Shown: positions 1 to 8,696, counted from the first letter of the stretch. The stretch: DNA of 32,000 bases from Ferroglobus placidus DSM 10642 (GCF_000025505.1 NC_013849.1:300001-332000), one strand, 5' to 3'. The notes: generated by a model from the letters alone, not told the origin. Numbers and translations are program-made.

Positions 1-1113
1 ATTGTTCTTTCGATGGAAAGAATGAACAAGCTTGAAATCGACACGGAAAATCTTGTGGCTGTTTGCGAAGCGGGAGTAACTTTGAGACAGCTCCTTGAAG
101 AAATTGACAAAATACCGGGCTTGTCCTTCCCTCCTCACCCGGGGCACGAAGGGGCTCAAATCGGAGGACTTGTAGCAAACAACGCCGGGGGTGCGAGGGC
201 TGTTAAATACGGCATTATGAGAAACTACGTTCTTGGAATGGAAGTCGTTCTCCCCAGCGGAGAGATTCTGAATCTCGGAGGGAAAGTTATCAAGAACGTA
301 ACAGGCTACGACCTCATGCATCTGCTCATCGGTAGCGAGGGGACGTTAGCTGTGATAACGAAAGTCGTCCTTAAGCTTATTCCAGAGCCGGGAGGAACTT
401 ACACCCTCGTCGTTCCATTTGAAAGAACGGAAGACGCTATAAAAACTGTTCCACAAATACTGAGGAGCGGAATTGTTCCGCTTGCCATTGAGTACATGGA
501 TGTGGAGGCTGTGAAAGCTGGAGAAGCAGTTACCGGGAAGAGATGGCCCTACGAAGGAGGTGAAGCGCACCTCATGATTATAGTCGAAGGCAGAGATGAG
601 GACGAACTTTTGAAAGTTTCGGAGGATATAGAAAAGCTTGCGAAGAAAAATAACGCCATAGACGTTTTCGTCGGAGTTAGCAGAAAAGAGCAGAGGGATC
701 TTCTCGACATCAGAAGCCTGATATACGAGGGGATGAGAGATGTCACAGTCGACCTTCTCGACGTTTCCGTTCCCATAGCTTCCATTCCCGAATACGTTAC
801 GAAATGCAAAAAGTTCGCTGAAGAGGTTGGAATAAAAGTTCTCCACTACGGTCATGCCGGAGATGGGAATGTCCATCAGCACATCCTCGAAGTAGATGAT
901 TGGGAGGAGAAGTATCCGAAGTTCAAGAACTACGCTTTCGGCTTGGTAAAAAAGCTTGGAGGATACATAACTGCCGAGCACGGAGTTGGAGTTGTGAAAA
1001 AGGAAGACATGTACTCAACTCTTCCTCAAAAAGCTGTAGAGCTTATGAAAGAGATCAAGAGGATTTTCGATCCGAACAACATCCTGAATCCGGGAAAAGT
1101 TGTCGACGTCTGA
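1..1113 (+). CDS. FAD-linked oxidase, GlcD / D-lactate dehydrogenase-like (5' end lies outside the window)
   Basis: The frame is open from base 1 (ATT GTT CTT TCG ATG...), so the ATG at 13 is internal. Motifs GGLVANNAGG, VTGYDLMHLLIGSEGTLAVITK, AEHGVG and the C-terminal FDPNNILNPGK are typical of the GlcD/VAO FAD-oxidase family. Confidence 0.8.
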   Translation: MVLSMERMNKLEIDTENLVAVCEAGVTLRQLLEEIDKIPGLSFPPHPGHEGAQIGGLVANNAGGARAVKYGIMRNYVLGMEVVLPSGEILNLGGKVIKNVTGYDLMHLLIGSEGTLAVITKVVLKLIPEPGGTYTLVVPFERTEDAIKTVPQILRSGIVPLAIEYMDVEAVKAGEAVTGKRWPYEGGEAHLMIIVEGRDEDELLKVSEDIEKLAKKNNAIDVFVGVSRKEQRDLLDIRSLIYEGMRDVTVDLLDVSVPIASIPEYVTKCKKFAEEVGIKVLHYGHAGDGNVHQHILEVDDWEEKYPKFKNYAFGLVKKLGGYITAEHGVGVVKKEDMYSTLPQKAVELMKEIKRIFDPNNILNPGKVVDV

Positions 1114-1123
1114 TTTCAGCAAC

Positions 1124-1133
1124 TATTTTATAT
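1124..1133 (+). promoter_or_regulatory. Candidate TATA box for the 1156-6855 gene string (near-leaderless transcript)
   Basis: TATTTTATAT is centred about 27 nt upstream of the ATG at 1156. This fits the archaeal TTTAWATA box position at -26/-27. No Shine-Dalgarno motif lies between it and the ATG. Confidence 0.4.
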
Positions 1134-1155
1134 TCTCAGTATTAAAATTTTAAAC

Positions 1156-1386
1156 ATGGTTATCGGCGTGACGATGGTAAACGTTTCTCCGGGAAGCGAA
1201 AAGAGCGTCTACATGAAGATAAAGGAGATGAAGAACGTTAGGGATGTGTACCACGTTTTCGGAGAATTCGACTTCGTGGTGATAATTGAAGCTCCGAGTC
1301 TGGCTGAGTTGAACAAGACTGTAGATAGCATAAGGGCTATCGAAGGAGTTACGAAGACTCAAACGGTGGTAGGAGCTGAGATATGA
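1156..1386 (+). CDS. Stand-alone Lrp/AsnC-type ligand-binding (RAM) domain protein, 76 aa, no HTH domain
   Basis: The length and pattern ([51 protein letters not shown]) match the beta-alpha-beta-beta-alpha-beta C-terminal domain of Lrp/AsnC regulators. The stop TGA (1384-1386) overlaps the top6B ATG (1383). Confidence 0.7.
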   Translation: MVIGVTMVNVSPGSEKSVYMKIKEMKNVRDVYHVFGEFDFVVIIEAPSLAELNKTVDSIRAIEGVTKTQTVVGAEI

Positions 1387-3161
1387 AGCAGAAGGAGATA
1401 AGCGTAGCGGAGTTTTTCGAGAAGAACAAGCACATTCTTGGCTACTCCAATCCGGCAAAAGCTCTCATCACCTGCGTTAAAGAAGCGGTGGACAACTCGT
1501 TAGATGCTTGCGAGGAAGCGGGAATTCTCCCTGACATCCTCGTTAAAATCTTTAGAGTTGGAAAGAACTACAGAATTATAGTGGAAGATAACGGACCGGG
1601 AATAGAGAAGGAAGAGATTCCCAAAGTTTTCGGAAAGCTTCTTTACGGCTCGAGATTTCACACGATAAAGCAGAGCAGAGGTCAGCAGGGGATAGGCATC
1701 TCGTCAGCCGTACTCTACGCTCAAATCTCTACAGGAAAACCGGCGAAGATTTTATCCAAGGTAGAAGGAGATGAGGCTTACGAGATCGAACTTTTCATAA
1801 ACACGAAGAAGAACGAGCCGGAAATAGTTTCCGAGAAGAAAGTGGAGTGGTACGCTCCTCATGGCACGAGGATTGAGCTCGAAATCGTTGGAAGCTACGT
1901 GAAAGAGAAGAGGCAGAGCGTTTACGAGTATTTGAGGCAAACGTCCATAGTGAATCCTCACGCAAAAATAACGCTCATAGAGCCTGACGGCACGATTCAC
2001 GAGTTCAAAAGAATTTCGAATGTTCCTCCCCAACCGCCGAAGGAGATTAAGCCTCACCCCCACGGAATAGAGCTTGGCACGCTTTTGAACATGTTGAAAT
2101 ATTCCAAGCACAGAGATCTGAAAAGCTTTTTAAAGAAAGAATTTGTCAGAGTCGGAGACAAAATTGCTGAAGAGATAATTCAAAAAGCCGGTTTGAGCAA
2201 TGACGATCCGAAAAAGCTGAGTAGAGATGAAGTGGAGAAACTTCTCGAAGCTTTCAAGCTAACGAATCTTCTTCCTCCGCCTACTGATTGTCTTTCTCCG
2301 ATAGGAGAGGACCTGATAAAGAGAAGTCTCCTTGAAGAGTTCAAACCCGAATTCGTTTTCGCAACGACGAGGAAACCAAAGGTTTACTCCGGACATCCTT
2401 TCCTTATCGAGGTGGGAATAGCTTATGGTGGAGAAATTGAGGAAGAGAAAGTGAAAATTTTGAGGTTCGCTAACAAAATACCCCTCCTCTACCAGCAAAG
2501 CGGTTGCGCATTGACGAAGGCTGTTGAAAGCGTTAACTGGAAAGCTTACGGAATTTCCCAGAACAAAGGCGAGCTTCCTCAGGCTCCGATGGTAATCTTG
2601 ATTCACCTCGCTTCGACTAACGTTCCCTACACGTCTGAATCTAAAGAAGCGGTAGCTTCGATTCCCGAAATAGTTGAAGAGTTGAGGCTCGCTTTGCAGG
2701 AGGCTGGAAGAAAGCTGAGGGAATATCTCGAGAGAAAATCGAGAATAGAGAAGAAGAAAAAGAAGGAAAACGAGCTATTTAAGATAATTCCCCTACTTGC
2801 CGAAAAAGTGAGCGAGGTTCTTGAGAGGGAAGTGCCGGACTACGAGAAGGTCGTGGCGAGGATAATGGGTAGTGTTTACATTTCGAGGGTCGTGTTTTCA
2901 GAAAACGGAAGAAACTTTGCCGTGCTGAGAATAGCGAACTACTCCAAGTATAAAAAGAAGTTCAAAGTTTACGAGATGAGCAGCGGAGACATAGAGGCTG
3001 AGAAAAAAGTTGGAAATTCCGCCATCTTTGAAGTTGAACTTATGCCGGAGGAGGAAGTGGAGATAAAGTACGAATTTACCGGCAAGCTGATAAACAAGAA
3101 ACCTCTCGTGGAGGGGTTGAGTGAAGACGAAATCATAGGGGGAGAGGTGGTAAGTTTTTGA
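1383..3161 (+). CDS. top6B: DNA topoisomerase VI subunit B
   Basis: GHKL/Bergerat ATPase motifs are present: [18 protein letters not shown] and RGQQGIGIS. The N-terminus [16 protein letters not shown] is typical of Top6B. It sits immediately upstream of, and overlaps, top6A. AGGAG precedes the ATG. Confidence 0.95.
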   Translation: MKQKEISVAEFFEKNKHILGYSNPAKALITCVKEAVDNSLDACEEAGILPDILVKIFRVGKNYRIIVEDNGPGIEKEEIPKVFGKLLYGSRFHTIKQSRGQQGIGISSAVLYAQISTGKPAKILSKVEGDEAYEIELFINTKKNEPEIVSEKKVEWYAPHGTRIELEIVGSYVKEKRQSVYEYLRQTSIVNPHAKITLIEPDGTIHEFKRISNVPPQPPKEIKPHPHGIELGTLLNMLKYSKHRDLKSFLKKEFVRVGDKIAEEIIQKAGLSNDDPKKLSRDEVEKLLEAFKLTNLLPPPTDCLSPIGEDLIKRSLLEEFKPEFVFATTRKPKVYSGHPFLIEVGIAYGGEIEEEKVKILRFANKIPLLYQQSGCALTKAVESVNWKAYGISQNKGELPQAPMVILIHLASTNVPYTSESKEAVASIPEIVEELRLALQEAGRKLREYLERKSRIEKKKKKENELFKIIPLLAEKVSEVLEREVPDYEKVVARIMGSVYISRVVFSENGRNFAVLRIANYSKYKKKFKVYEMSSGDIEAEKKVGNSAIFEVELMPEEEVEIKYEFTGKLINKKPLVEGLSEDEIIGGEVVSF

Positions 3162-4240
3162 AGTACGAGAGGGAAGCTTTGGCTAGTTTGCTTAAAATTC
3201 TTGAAAGAATTTACGATCAGATGAGCAGAGGAGAGGTGCCGGAAATAGACATAGCGACGAGGACGAAGTACAACATAGAGTTCGATGAAAATAGCGAAGT
3301 TTGGGTTTACGGAGATAGAACTTCTACGAGAAGTGCCAAAACTGTAAGAGGAGCTTACATGCTTTTAAGAATGGCTTACGTCATCGGCTTTTTAAAGGAA
3401 CAGCTGAAAGCGAACAAGTCCTCCACGTTGAGAGAACTCTACTACATTTCCGAGAACTGGGGGTTGGCAAAATTTGACGAGCAAGCTGAGAGCGATAGGC
3501 TGATAGAGGATCTCGAAATTTTAACGAGCTTTCAGAGGGAGCATTTCAGAATTCGTCCGGAAGAGGATGGGGCTACTGTTATAGGTCCGCTGAGGATCAG
3601 AGAAAACACGAGGAGAGGCGTGAGGGAGATACACTGCCAAGAAGATGTTGGTGAGGGAGGTTATCAGATTCCGGTTAACGTGGACAATATAGAGTTCGTC
3701 GACCACGACGCCGATTTCGTCATTGCCGTTGAAACCGGTGGTATGAGGGATAGACTTGTAGAGAACGGATTTGACGAGAAGTTTAGAGCCATAATAGTTC
3801 ACTTAAAAGGGCAGCCAGCGAGAAGTACGAGGAGGTTGTTGAAGAGGTTAAATGCTGAGCTGAACCTTCCGGTGGTCGTTTTCACGGATGGAGATCCTTG
3901 GAGTTACAGAATTTACGCAAGCGTGGCTTACGGAAGCATAAAAGCGGCACATCTGAGCGAGTATCTTGCTACTCCTTCCGCGAAATTCGTCGGAATAAGA
4001 CCGTCCGACATCGTCAAGTACGATCTCCCCTCTGACAAGCTTACAGATAAGGACATTCAGGCTTTAAAAGCGATTCTAACGGATCCGAGGTTCGATACCG
4101 AATTCTGGAAGAATGAGATAAACCTTCAGCTTGAGCTCGGGAAGAAATCTGAGCAGCAGGCTCTGGCTAAGTACGGGCTCGATTACGTCACTGACGTGTA
4201 TCTCCCGGAAAGGCTGACTGAGCTGGGTGTGCTTAAATGA
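3158..4240 (+). CDS. top6A: DNA topoisomerase VI subunit A (Spo11-like)
   Basis: The catalytic-Tyr region is LRELYYISE and the Toprim acidic motif is [15 protein letters not shown]. The TTG start (3158-3160) overlaps the top6B TGA (3159-3161). GGGGGAGAGGTGG lies 8-20 nt upstream. Confidence 0.95.
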   Translation: MKYEREALASLLKILERIYDQMSRGEVPEIDIATRTKYNIEFDENSEVWVYGDRTSTRSAKTVRGAYMLLRMAYVIGFLKEQLKANKSSTLRELYYISENWGLAKFDEQAESDRLIEDLEILTSFQREHFRIRPEEDGATVIGPLRIRENTRRGVREIHCQEDVGEGGYQIPVNVDNIEFVDHDADFVIAVETGGMRDRLVENGFDEKFRAIIVHLKGQPARSTRRLLKRLNAELNLPVVVFTDGDPWSYRIYASVAYGSIKAAHLSEYLATPSAKFVGIRPSDIVKYDLPSDKLTDKDIQALKAILTDPRFDTEFWKNEINLQLELGKKSEQQALAKYGLDYVTDVYLPERLTELGVLK

Positions 4241-4395
4241 AAGTCGAAGATCGCTGCGTCGGCTGTGCTTACTGCATGCTGGTATGCAAGTTTGAAGCGA
4301 TAGAAGTGCTTGGAAGAGCAGAGATAGACGAAGAGAAGTGCGTTAAGTGTCTCAAATGCGTCATCTATTGTCCGGTTAAGGCGGTGAAAGGTTGA
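4237..4395 (+). CDS. Mini-ferredoxin, 52 aa, two CxxCxxCxxxCP [4Fe-4S] motifs (absent from the supplied ORF track)
   Basis: My hand translation is [52 protein letters not shown]. It carries C7xxC10xxC13xxxC17 and C35xxC38xxC41xxxC45P. The ATG (4237-4239) overlaps the top6A TGA (4238-4240). Its own TGA (4393-4395) overlaps the next TTG start (4392). Confidence 0.8.
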   Translation: MKVEDRCVGCAYCMLVCKFEAIEVLGRAEIDEEKCVKCLKCVIYCPVKAVKG

Positions 4396-5549
4396 TCGCT
4401 GTAATAGGTGCTGGACTCGGAGGTTTGCTTGCCGCAAATCTCTTGGCTAAGGAAGGATACGAAGTTGAGGTGTACGAGAGGTTACCCTTTCCCGGCGGAA
4501 GGTTTACGAGTTTAAATTACAAGGGTTTCGAAGTCTCTACTGGAGCCTTGCACATGATTCCCCACGGAAGCAGGGGTCCTTTAGCGAAACTCTTGAAGAG
4601 GATAGGAGCGAAGGTAGAAATAGTAGATTCAAAGCCCGAAGGAGAGTTTTTGTGGAACGGAGAGAGAATTGAGGTTAGAAGGAGAGTTTTCCCTCTCAAA
4701 GCGGTATTAAAATTTTACAAAGAACTTGCGATTTCGAAGTTTAAGGATAGAACGCTCGACGTCTTTGCCAATTCTCTCGACGACTTTACGAAAGCGTTTC
4801 TTAATTCCTTCCTCGGCTGGAGTTTGAGCATTTATCCGGAAGATATAACGTTCAGAAAGTTTTACGAGATATTTAAGCAGACGGTGAAGTATCGGGGACC
4901 GGGGATTCCGATCGGAGGTTGCAAGGCTGTAATAAACGAACTCGTCGAAAATCTTGAGAGCATGGGGGGAAGAATTTACCTGAGGAAGGAAGTTAGGGGG
5001 ATGAAGGAATCGGACGGAAAAATTAAGCTGCTCGTTGATGATTGGAAAGTTTTCGACAGCGTGGTATCTAACGTCGGTCACAAACTCACAGCCGAACTCA
5101 TGGGAGAGAAAATTAGTCATCCGGAAGAGAGCAGGGGAATAAAATACACTCTCAAACTTGAAGAACCGTTTTTAGAACACACCGGCGTTTTATTCGTAGC
5201 GAATAAGAACGTAGCCGGAATGAATGAGGTAACTAACGCAGATCCAAACTTGGGAAAAGGGGTCATGCTTCAGGTGCATCAGCCGTTTAGAGGTGAGGTG
5301 AGGAAAGCTATCGAGATCGGATTGAGGGAAATAAGAGAGATCGTCGGAAAGAGCTTTGAGTTAATTGCTGTCCAAAGCTTCAGTAACGACTGGCCGGTGA
5401 ATAGAGCGAAAGCCGGCTCGGATTTGGGAGTAGTTTTTAAAGAGAGAGTAGTTGTGGTCGGAGACGGGGCTAAGGGAAGAGATATCGAAGTGGAAGGCAT
5501 AGCTCTCGGAGTGGAGAAAGCTTTGGAGGAGCTGAAAAGATGGACGTAG
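4392..5549 (+). CDS. FAD-dependent oxidoreductase, CrtI/phytoene-desaturase-like superfamily (385 aa)
   Basis: The N-terminal dinucleotide fold is [36 protein letters not shown]. The C-terminal FAD motif is VVVVGDGAKG. TTG at 4392 is the first possible start after an in-frame TAA at 4377. Confidence 0.7.
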   Translation: MIAVIGAGLGGLLAANLLAKEGYEVEVYERLPFPGGRFTSLNYKGFEVSTGALHMIPHGSRGPLAKLLKRIGAKVEIVDSKPEGEFLWNGERIEVRRRVFPLKAVLKFYKELAISKFKDRTLDVFANSLDDFTKAFLNSFLGWSLSIYPEDITFRKFYEIFKQTVKYRGPGIPIGGCKAVINELVENLESMGGRIYLRKEVRGMKESDGKIKLLVDDWKVFDSVVSNVGHKLTAELMGEKISHPEESRGIKYTLKLEEPFLEHTGVLFVANKNVAGMNEVTNADPNLGKGVMLQVHQPFRGEVRKAIEIGLREIREIVGKSFELIAVQSFSNDWPVNRAKAGSDLGVVFKERVVVVGDGAKGRDIEVEGIALGVEKALEELKRWT

Positions 5550-6205
5550 TTTTGAGAAACGTCGTCAAGAAGTTCGGAAAATTCGTTGCTTTGCACGGGA
5601 TAAGCTTTGAGATTAGAAAAGGAGAAAAAGTTGCTCTGCTTGGACCGAACGGAGCTGGGAAAACGACGACAGTCAGAATTATAAGCGGGATAACAAAGCC
5701 TACGAGCGGAGAGGTAAGGGTGGCTGGAAAAGACCCTTTTAGGGATTACGAAGTTAAGAAGATGTTTGGAGTCGTTTCTCACCACACATTCCTCTACGAA
5801 GAGCTTACAGCTTACGAAAACCTCGAATTCTACGCCAAGCTTTATGAGGCTGACGAAGGCAGAATTGCCGAGCTGCTTAAGGAGTTTGGGTTGTACGAAA
5901 GAAGGCACGAACTTGTTAGAAACTTTTCGCGAGGAATGAAGCAAAGGCTGGCGATAGCGAGAGCTTTAATTCACTCTCCAAAGATACTGATTCTCGATGA
6001 GGCTACGACGGGTTTGGACGTTTTCGGGAAGAAAGAACTCTTTACGATCCTCGAAAACTTCGACGGAACGATTTTACTAACCACTCACGATCTTGAAGAA
6101 GCTGAAAAAACCTGCGAAAGAGCTCTTATAATGTCTTCGGGCAGAATCGTATTTGACGGGAGTTCGGAAGACATAGGAAGTATCTACAAGGAGGTGCTTT
6201 CTTGA
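5540..6205 (+). CDS. ABC transporter ATP-binding protein (ABC-2 / CcmA-like subfamily)
   Basis: Walker A is GPNGAGKTT, the signature variant is FSRGMKQRLAIARAL, and Walker B is ILILDEATTGLD. The ATG lies 10 nt inside the end of the preceding gene. Confidence 0.9.
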   Translation: MDVVLRNVVKKFGKFVALHGISFEIRKGEKVALLGPNGAGKTTTVRIISGITKPTSGEVRVAGKDPFRDYEVKKMFGVVSHHTFLYEELTAYENLEFYAKLYEADEGRIAELLKEFGLYERRHELVRNFSRGMKQRLAIARALIHSPKILILDEATTGLDVFGKKELFTILENFDGTILLTTHDLEEAEKTCERALIMSSGRIVFDGSSEDIGSIYKEVLS

Positions 6206-6855
6206 AAGTTCTGGAAATTGCAAAAAAGGACATTAAAGTTGAGCTCAGAACGAAAAACTCGATATATTTCATGCTCCTCTTCGCTCTGATCTCTTCAGCC
6301 ATGTTCAGCGTTTCGATTCCCGTGGAAACTTACGATGTTGTTGCATCACCCCTCCTCTGGATCGTTCTTCTCTTCGTCGGTATGCTCGGCTATTCGAGAG
6401 CTTTTCTGAGGGAGCTCGAAGCCGGAACTTTAGACGGCTTGAGGATTTCGCCAGTTAATCCGATCAGCGTTTTGTTTGGAAAAACCCTCTACAACCTGTT
6501 TTTAATGCTTCTCGTCGAAGCCATAATCGTCCCTATTTTCTTCGTCCTCTTTCAACCGAAGATCGAAAATACGCCACTTTTTCTGCTCTCCTTAACTGCC
6601 GGAAACGTCGCTTTCGTTATAGTCAGCAGCTCTCTTTCGGTTTTAATTCTAAAATCGAAAACGAGAGAGTTGCTAATGCCCGTAATATTGTTTCCGGTCA
6701 TATTTCCGGTTATAAGCTCGACTCTTGCAGCTTTAAACATGGCTAAAATGGGAACGATCGGCGATATATACTCCCCTCTCGCTCTAATCGTCTCCTTTTC
6801 AGTAGCTATGATAGGTGTCGCTTTCCTAACTTTTGAGCACGCTTTCTTCGATTAG
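6202..6855 (+). CDS. ABC transporter permease, about 6 TM, CcmB-like / ABC-2 type
   Basis: It is a 217-aa polytopic hydrophobic protein directly coupled to the ATPase, with TTG 6202-6204 overlapping TGA 6203-6205. Size and topology resemble CcmB-family permeases. The substrate is not inferable. Confidence 0.6.
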   Translation: MKVLEIAKKDIKVELRTKNSIYFMLLFALISSAMFSVSIPVETYDVVASPLLWIVLLFVGMLGYSRAFLRELEAGTLDGLRISPVNPISVLFGKTLYNLFLMLLVEAIIVPIFFVLFQPKIENTPLFLLSLTAGNVAFVIVSSSLSVLILKSKTRELLMPVILFPVIFPVISSTLAALNMAKMGTIGDIYSPLALIVSFSVAMIGVAFLTFEHAFFD

Positions 6856-7749
6856 ATCTCTCGTAGCCATTCTAACAGCTTCTTCGCTACTGTACTTCGG
6901 CTTCCAGCCGAGCTTCTTTATCTTTTCTATTGACAGCAGCATTAGAGGGACGTCACCTTTCCACCCCCTTTTACCTCCGGTGAACTTGAATTTGGGAGAA
7001 ACTCCAAGCTCTTCGCAGACTATTTCAGCTATTCTTTTCACGCTTATCCAGTCTTCGTTACCCAAGTTGAATATGTTCAGCTGCTCGTCGGCTTTCAATC
7101 CGTAGATTATACCTTCGACGCAATCCGAAATGTATATGTACGATTTCGTCTGATTGCCGTCCCCGAGAATTTCGAGCTCGTTCGGATTTTTCTTCAGCTT
7201 CTGTATGAAGTCGTATATAACTCCGTGGGTGCTCCTTTTCCCTATTACGTTAGCGAATCTGTAAATCCAAGCTTGCATATCGAAAGTGTGGCAGTATGAG
7301 GAAATTAAAGCCTCGCAACCGAGCTTGGTCGCTCCGTAGATGGAAATGGGTATCGTCTTATAATCTTCTGGTGTTGGAATAACCTCAGCCTCTCCGTAAA
7401 CGGTTGAGGTGGAGGTGAAAATTATTCTCTCGATTCCAGCCTTTCTCATTTCTTCGAGGAGAATGTATGTGGCGAGAAGGTTGTTCTCGTATATGGTTTT
7501 AGGATCTTTCTCTCCAAGTCTCACCTCTGGATTCGCCGCTATATGCCAGACTTCTTCTACTCCCCTCAAAGCCTCTCTTACATCTTTCGGATTTCTCAAG
7601 TCTCCTTTGATAAATTCGGCATTTTTATTTACATACTCCAATTTTCCGGAAGAGAGGTTATCGATAATTCTAACTCTTTCTCCCATTTCAACGAGTTTAT
7701 CAGCCAAGTGACTTCCTATAAATCCTGCTCCACCAGTTAGAAGAATCAT
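6826..7749 (-). CDS. NAD-dependent sugar-nucleotide epimerase/dehydratase (GalE-like SDR)
   Basis: It carries ILLTGGAGFIGSHL and the catalytic YGATK. I place the start at the internal ATG at 7749, which gives the canonical MILLTGGAGFIG N-terminus, rather than the track start at 7791. Confidence 0.85.
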   Translation of the reverse strand: MILLTGGAGFIGSHLADKLVEMGERVRIIDNLSSGKLEYVNKNAEFIKGDLRNPKDVREALRGVEEVWHIAANPEVRLGEKDPKTIYENNLLATYILLEEMRKAGIERIIFTSTSTVYGEAEVIPTPEDYKTIPISIYGATKLGCEALISSYCHTFDMQAWIYRFANVIGKRSTHGVIYDFIQKLKKNPNELEILGDGNQTKSYIYISDCVEGIIYGLKADEQLNIFNLGNEDWISVKRIAEIVCEELGVSPKFKFTGGKRGWKGDVPLMLLSIEKIKKLGWKPKYSSEEAVRMATRDLIEESVLKS

Positions 7750-7823
7750 GAAAATTCTTTCGAGTAAGTTATATATACTGTTTTCTCCCAATATTCTTTT
7801 GCTATTCAGGGAGGTGAAAGTAA

Positions 7824-8048
7824 ATGCTGCCGAATCAAATGGTTAAGTCGCTGATCGGCAAGGAGGTAAGAGTCGAAATGAAAGGAGAGGAATCGAGCTT
7901 GGTCGGAAGACTTGAGAGTGTGGATGACTACATGAACCTCCACTTGTCCAACGCCTACGAGTACAAAGACGGAGAAAAGATTAGAGTGCTCGGAGACATA
8001 GTGCTCAGGGGAAATAACATCGTGCTCATACAGCCTTTTGAGGAGTAA
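7824..8048 (+). CDS. Sm-like archaeal protein (Sm2-type)
   Basis: The Sm1 motif is GKEVRVEMKGEESSLVGRLESVDDYMNLHL and the Sm2 motif is IVLRGNNIVLIQP. GGAGGTGA lies 7 nt upstream of the ATG. As I recall it, the sequence closely resembles the Archaeoglobus fulgidus Sm2 protein. Confidence 0.9.
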   Translation: MLPNQMVKSLIGKEVRVEMKGEESSLVGRLESVDDYMNLHLSNAYEYKDGEKIRVLGDIVLRGNNIVLIQPFEE

Positions 8049-8052
8049 AAAG

Positions 8053-8415
8053 ATGATAGACACGAGGGAGGAGATTTTAAAGCTACTCGAAAAGAAGGGC
8101 GAAATTCTTCAAAAAGATCTCTGGAAAGAGCTGAATATAGACAGCAGCAAGTGTTCGAGAATACTAAGGAAGCTTGAGAAGGAAGGGTTGATAAAGAGAA
8201 TTGAGGTTGTTGTCGACGGCGTAAAGACGTTCAAAATAGTCCCGGCTCACGTGGAGGTGGAGGGGGAAGAGGAGGAACCAAGTTTAATAGAGTTAATGGA
8301 AAAGGTCGAAGCTATAACGGGTTTGCCTCCTTGTTTTGGCTGTTTAGTTGCTGAATGCGATCCTAAAGAGTGTTTAAAGCTCGAAATCTGGTGTTTGAGA
8401 AGAAGCATGGAGTGA
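8053..8415 (+). CDS. Winged-helix DNA-binding protein with an acidic linker and a Cys-rich C-terminal tail
   Basis: The wHTH-like segment is EILKLLEKKGEILQKDLWKELNIDSSKCSRILRKLEKEGLIKR. It is followed by an EGEEEE linker and the tail CFGCLVAECDPKECLKLEIWC. I prefer the ATG at 8053, preceded by GAGGAG, over the non-ATG track start at 8038. Confidence 0.55.
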   Translation: MIDTREEILKLLEKKGEILQKDLWKELNIDSSKCSRILRKLEKEGLIKRIEVVVDGVKTFKIVPAHVEVEGEEEEPSLIELMEKVEAITGLPPCFGCLVAECDPKECLKLEIWCLRRSME

Positions 8416-8445
8416 AAAATTTCTGCTCAAAGAATGATGTAAAAA

Positions 8446-8676
8446 TTACAACAGCTTTATAATCAACCAGACCTGATAGATCCCGAAAAGTACTGCTGGA
8501 ATCAAAGCCGTGATGAAAGCCTTTTTCAGTTCAATTTCTCTTGCATGTTTAATTGCGAAGCTCCAGATAACCAAACTCCATACAGTTACTGCAAAGTTGA
8601 TTATCAGATTTGAGTAAACTAAATCTTTCGAAATCAGAGCGAGCATTACTGTCTTCATTACATCCGGATTCTGCAT
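8446..8676 (-). CDS. Hypothetical small membrane protein (2-3 predicted TM)
   Basis: Support comes only from the ORF and its hydrophobic segments (NLIINFAVTVWSLVIWSFAI, FITALIPAVLFGIYQVWLIIKLL). The first ATG is at 8676, whereas the track start at 8694 is TTG. I recognise no family. Confidence 0.3.
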   Translation of the reverse strand: MQNPDVMKTVMLALISKDLVYSNLIINFAVTVWSLVIWSFAIKHAREIELKKAFITALIPAVLFGIYQVWLIIKLL

Positions 8677-8696
8677 CGTTCCTTTTTTACTCAATC

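Noticed and set aside
346-981. A 211-aa minus-strand ORF and many similar track ORFs that run antisense to well-supported genes. Examples are 549-809, 1150-1458, 1752-2111, 4707-5120, 10041-10400, 12647-12874, 14066-14491, 15148-15642, 19818-20123, 23624-23950, 28669-28989 and 30203-30922.
   Set aside because: They lie entirely within, and antisense or out of frame to, genes with clear family motifs. Their translations are low-complexity (Ser/Leu/Pro/Phe-rich), lack RBS or promoter context, and match no family I recognise. They are typical shadow ORFs.
5279-5944. A 221-aa minus-strand ORF spanning the flavoprotein/ABC-ATPase junction.
   Set aside because: It is antisense to two motif-rich genes (FAD C-terminal motif, Walker A). 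Its composition is Ser/Leu/Phe-biased with no recognisable domain, so it is most likely a shadow ORF.
8434-8476. A possible C/D-box sRNA, with AUGAUGU at 8434-8440 and CUGA at 8473-8476.
   Set aside because: The C box is imperfect. The 32-nt spacing is too short for the C-D'-C'-D layout. There are no internal D'/C' boxes or terminal stem, and the element overlaps the 3' end of an ORF.
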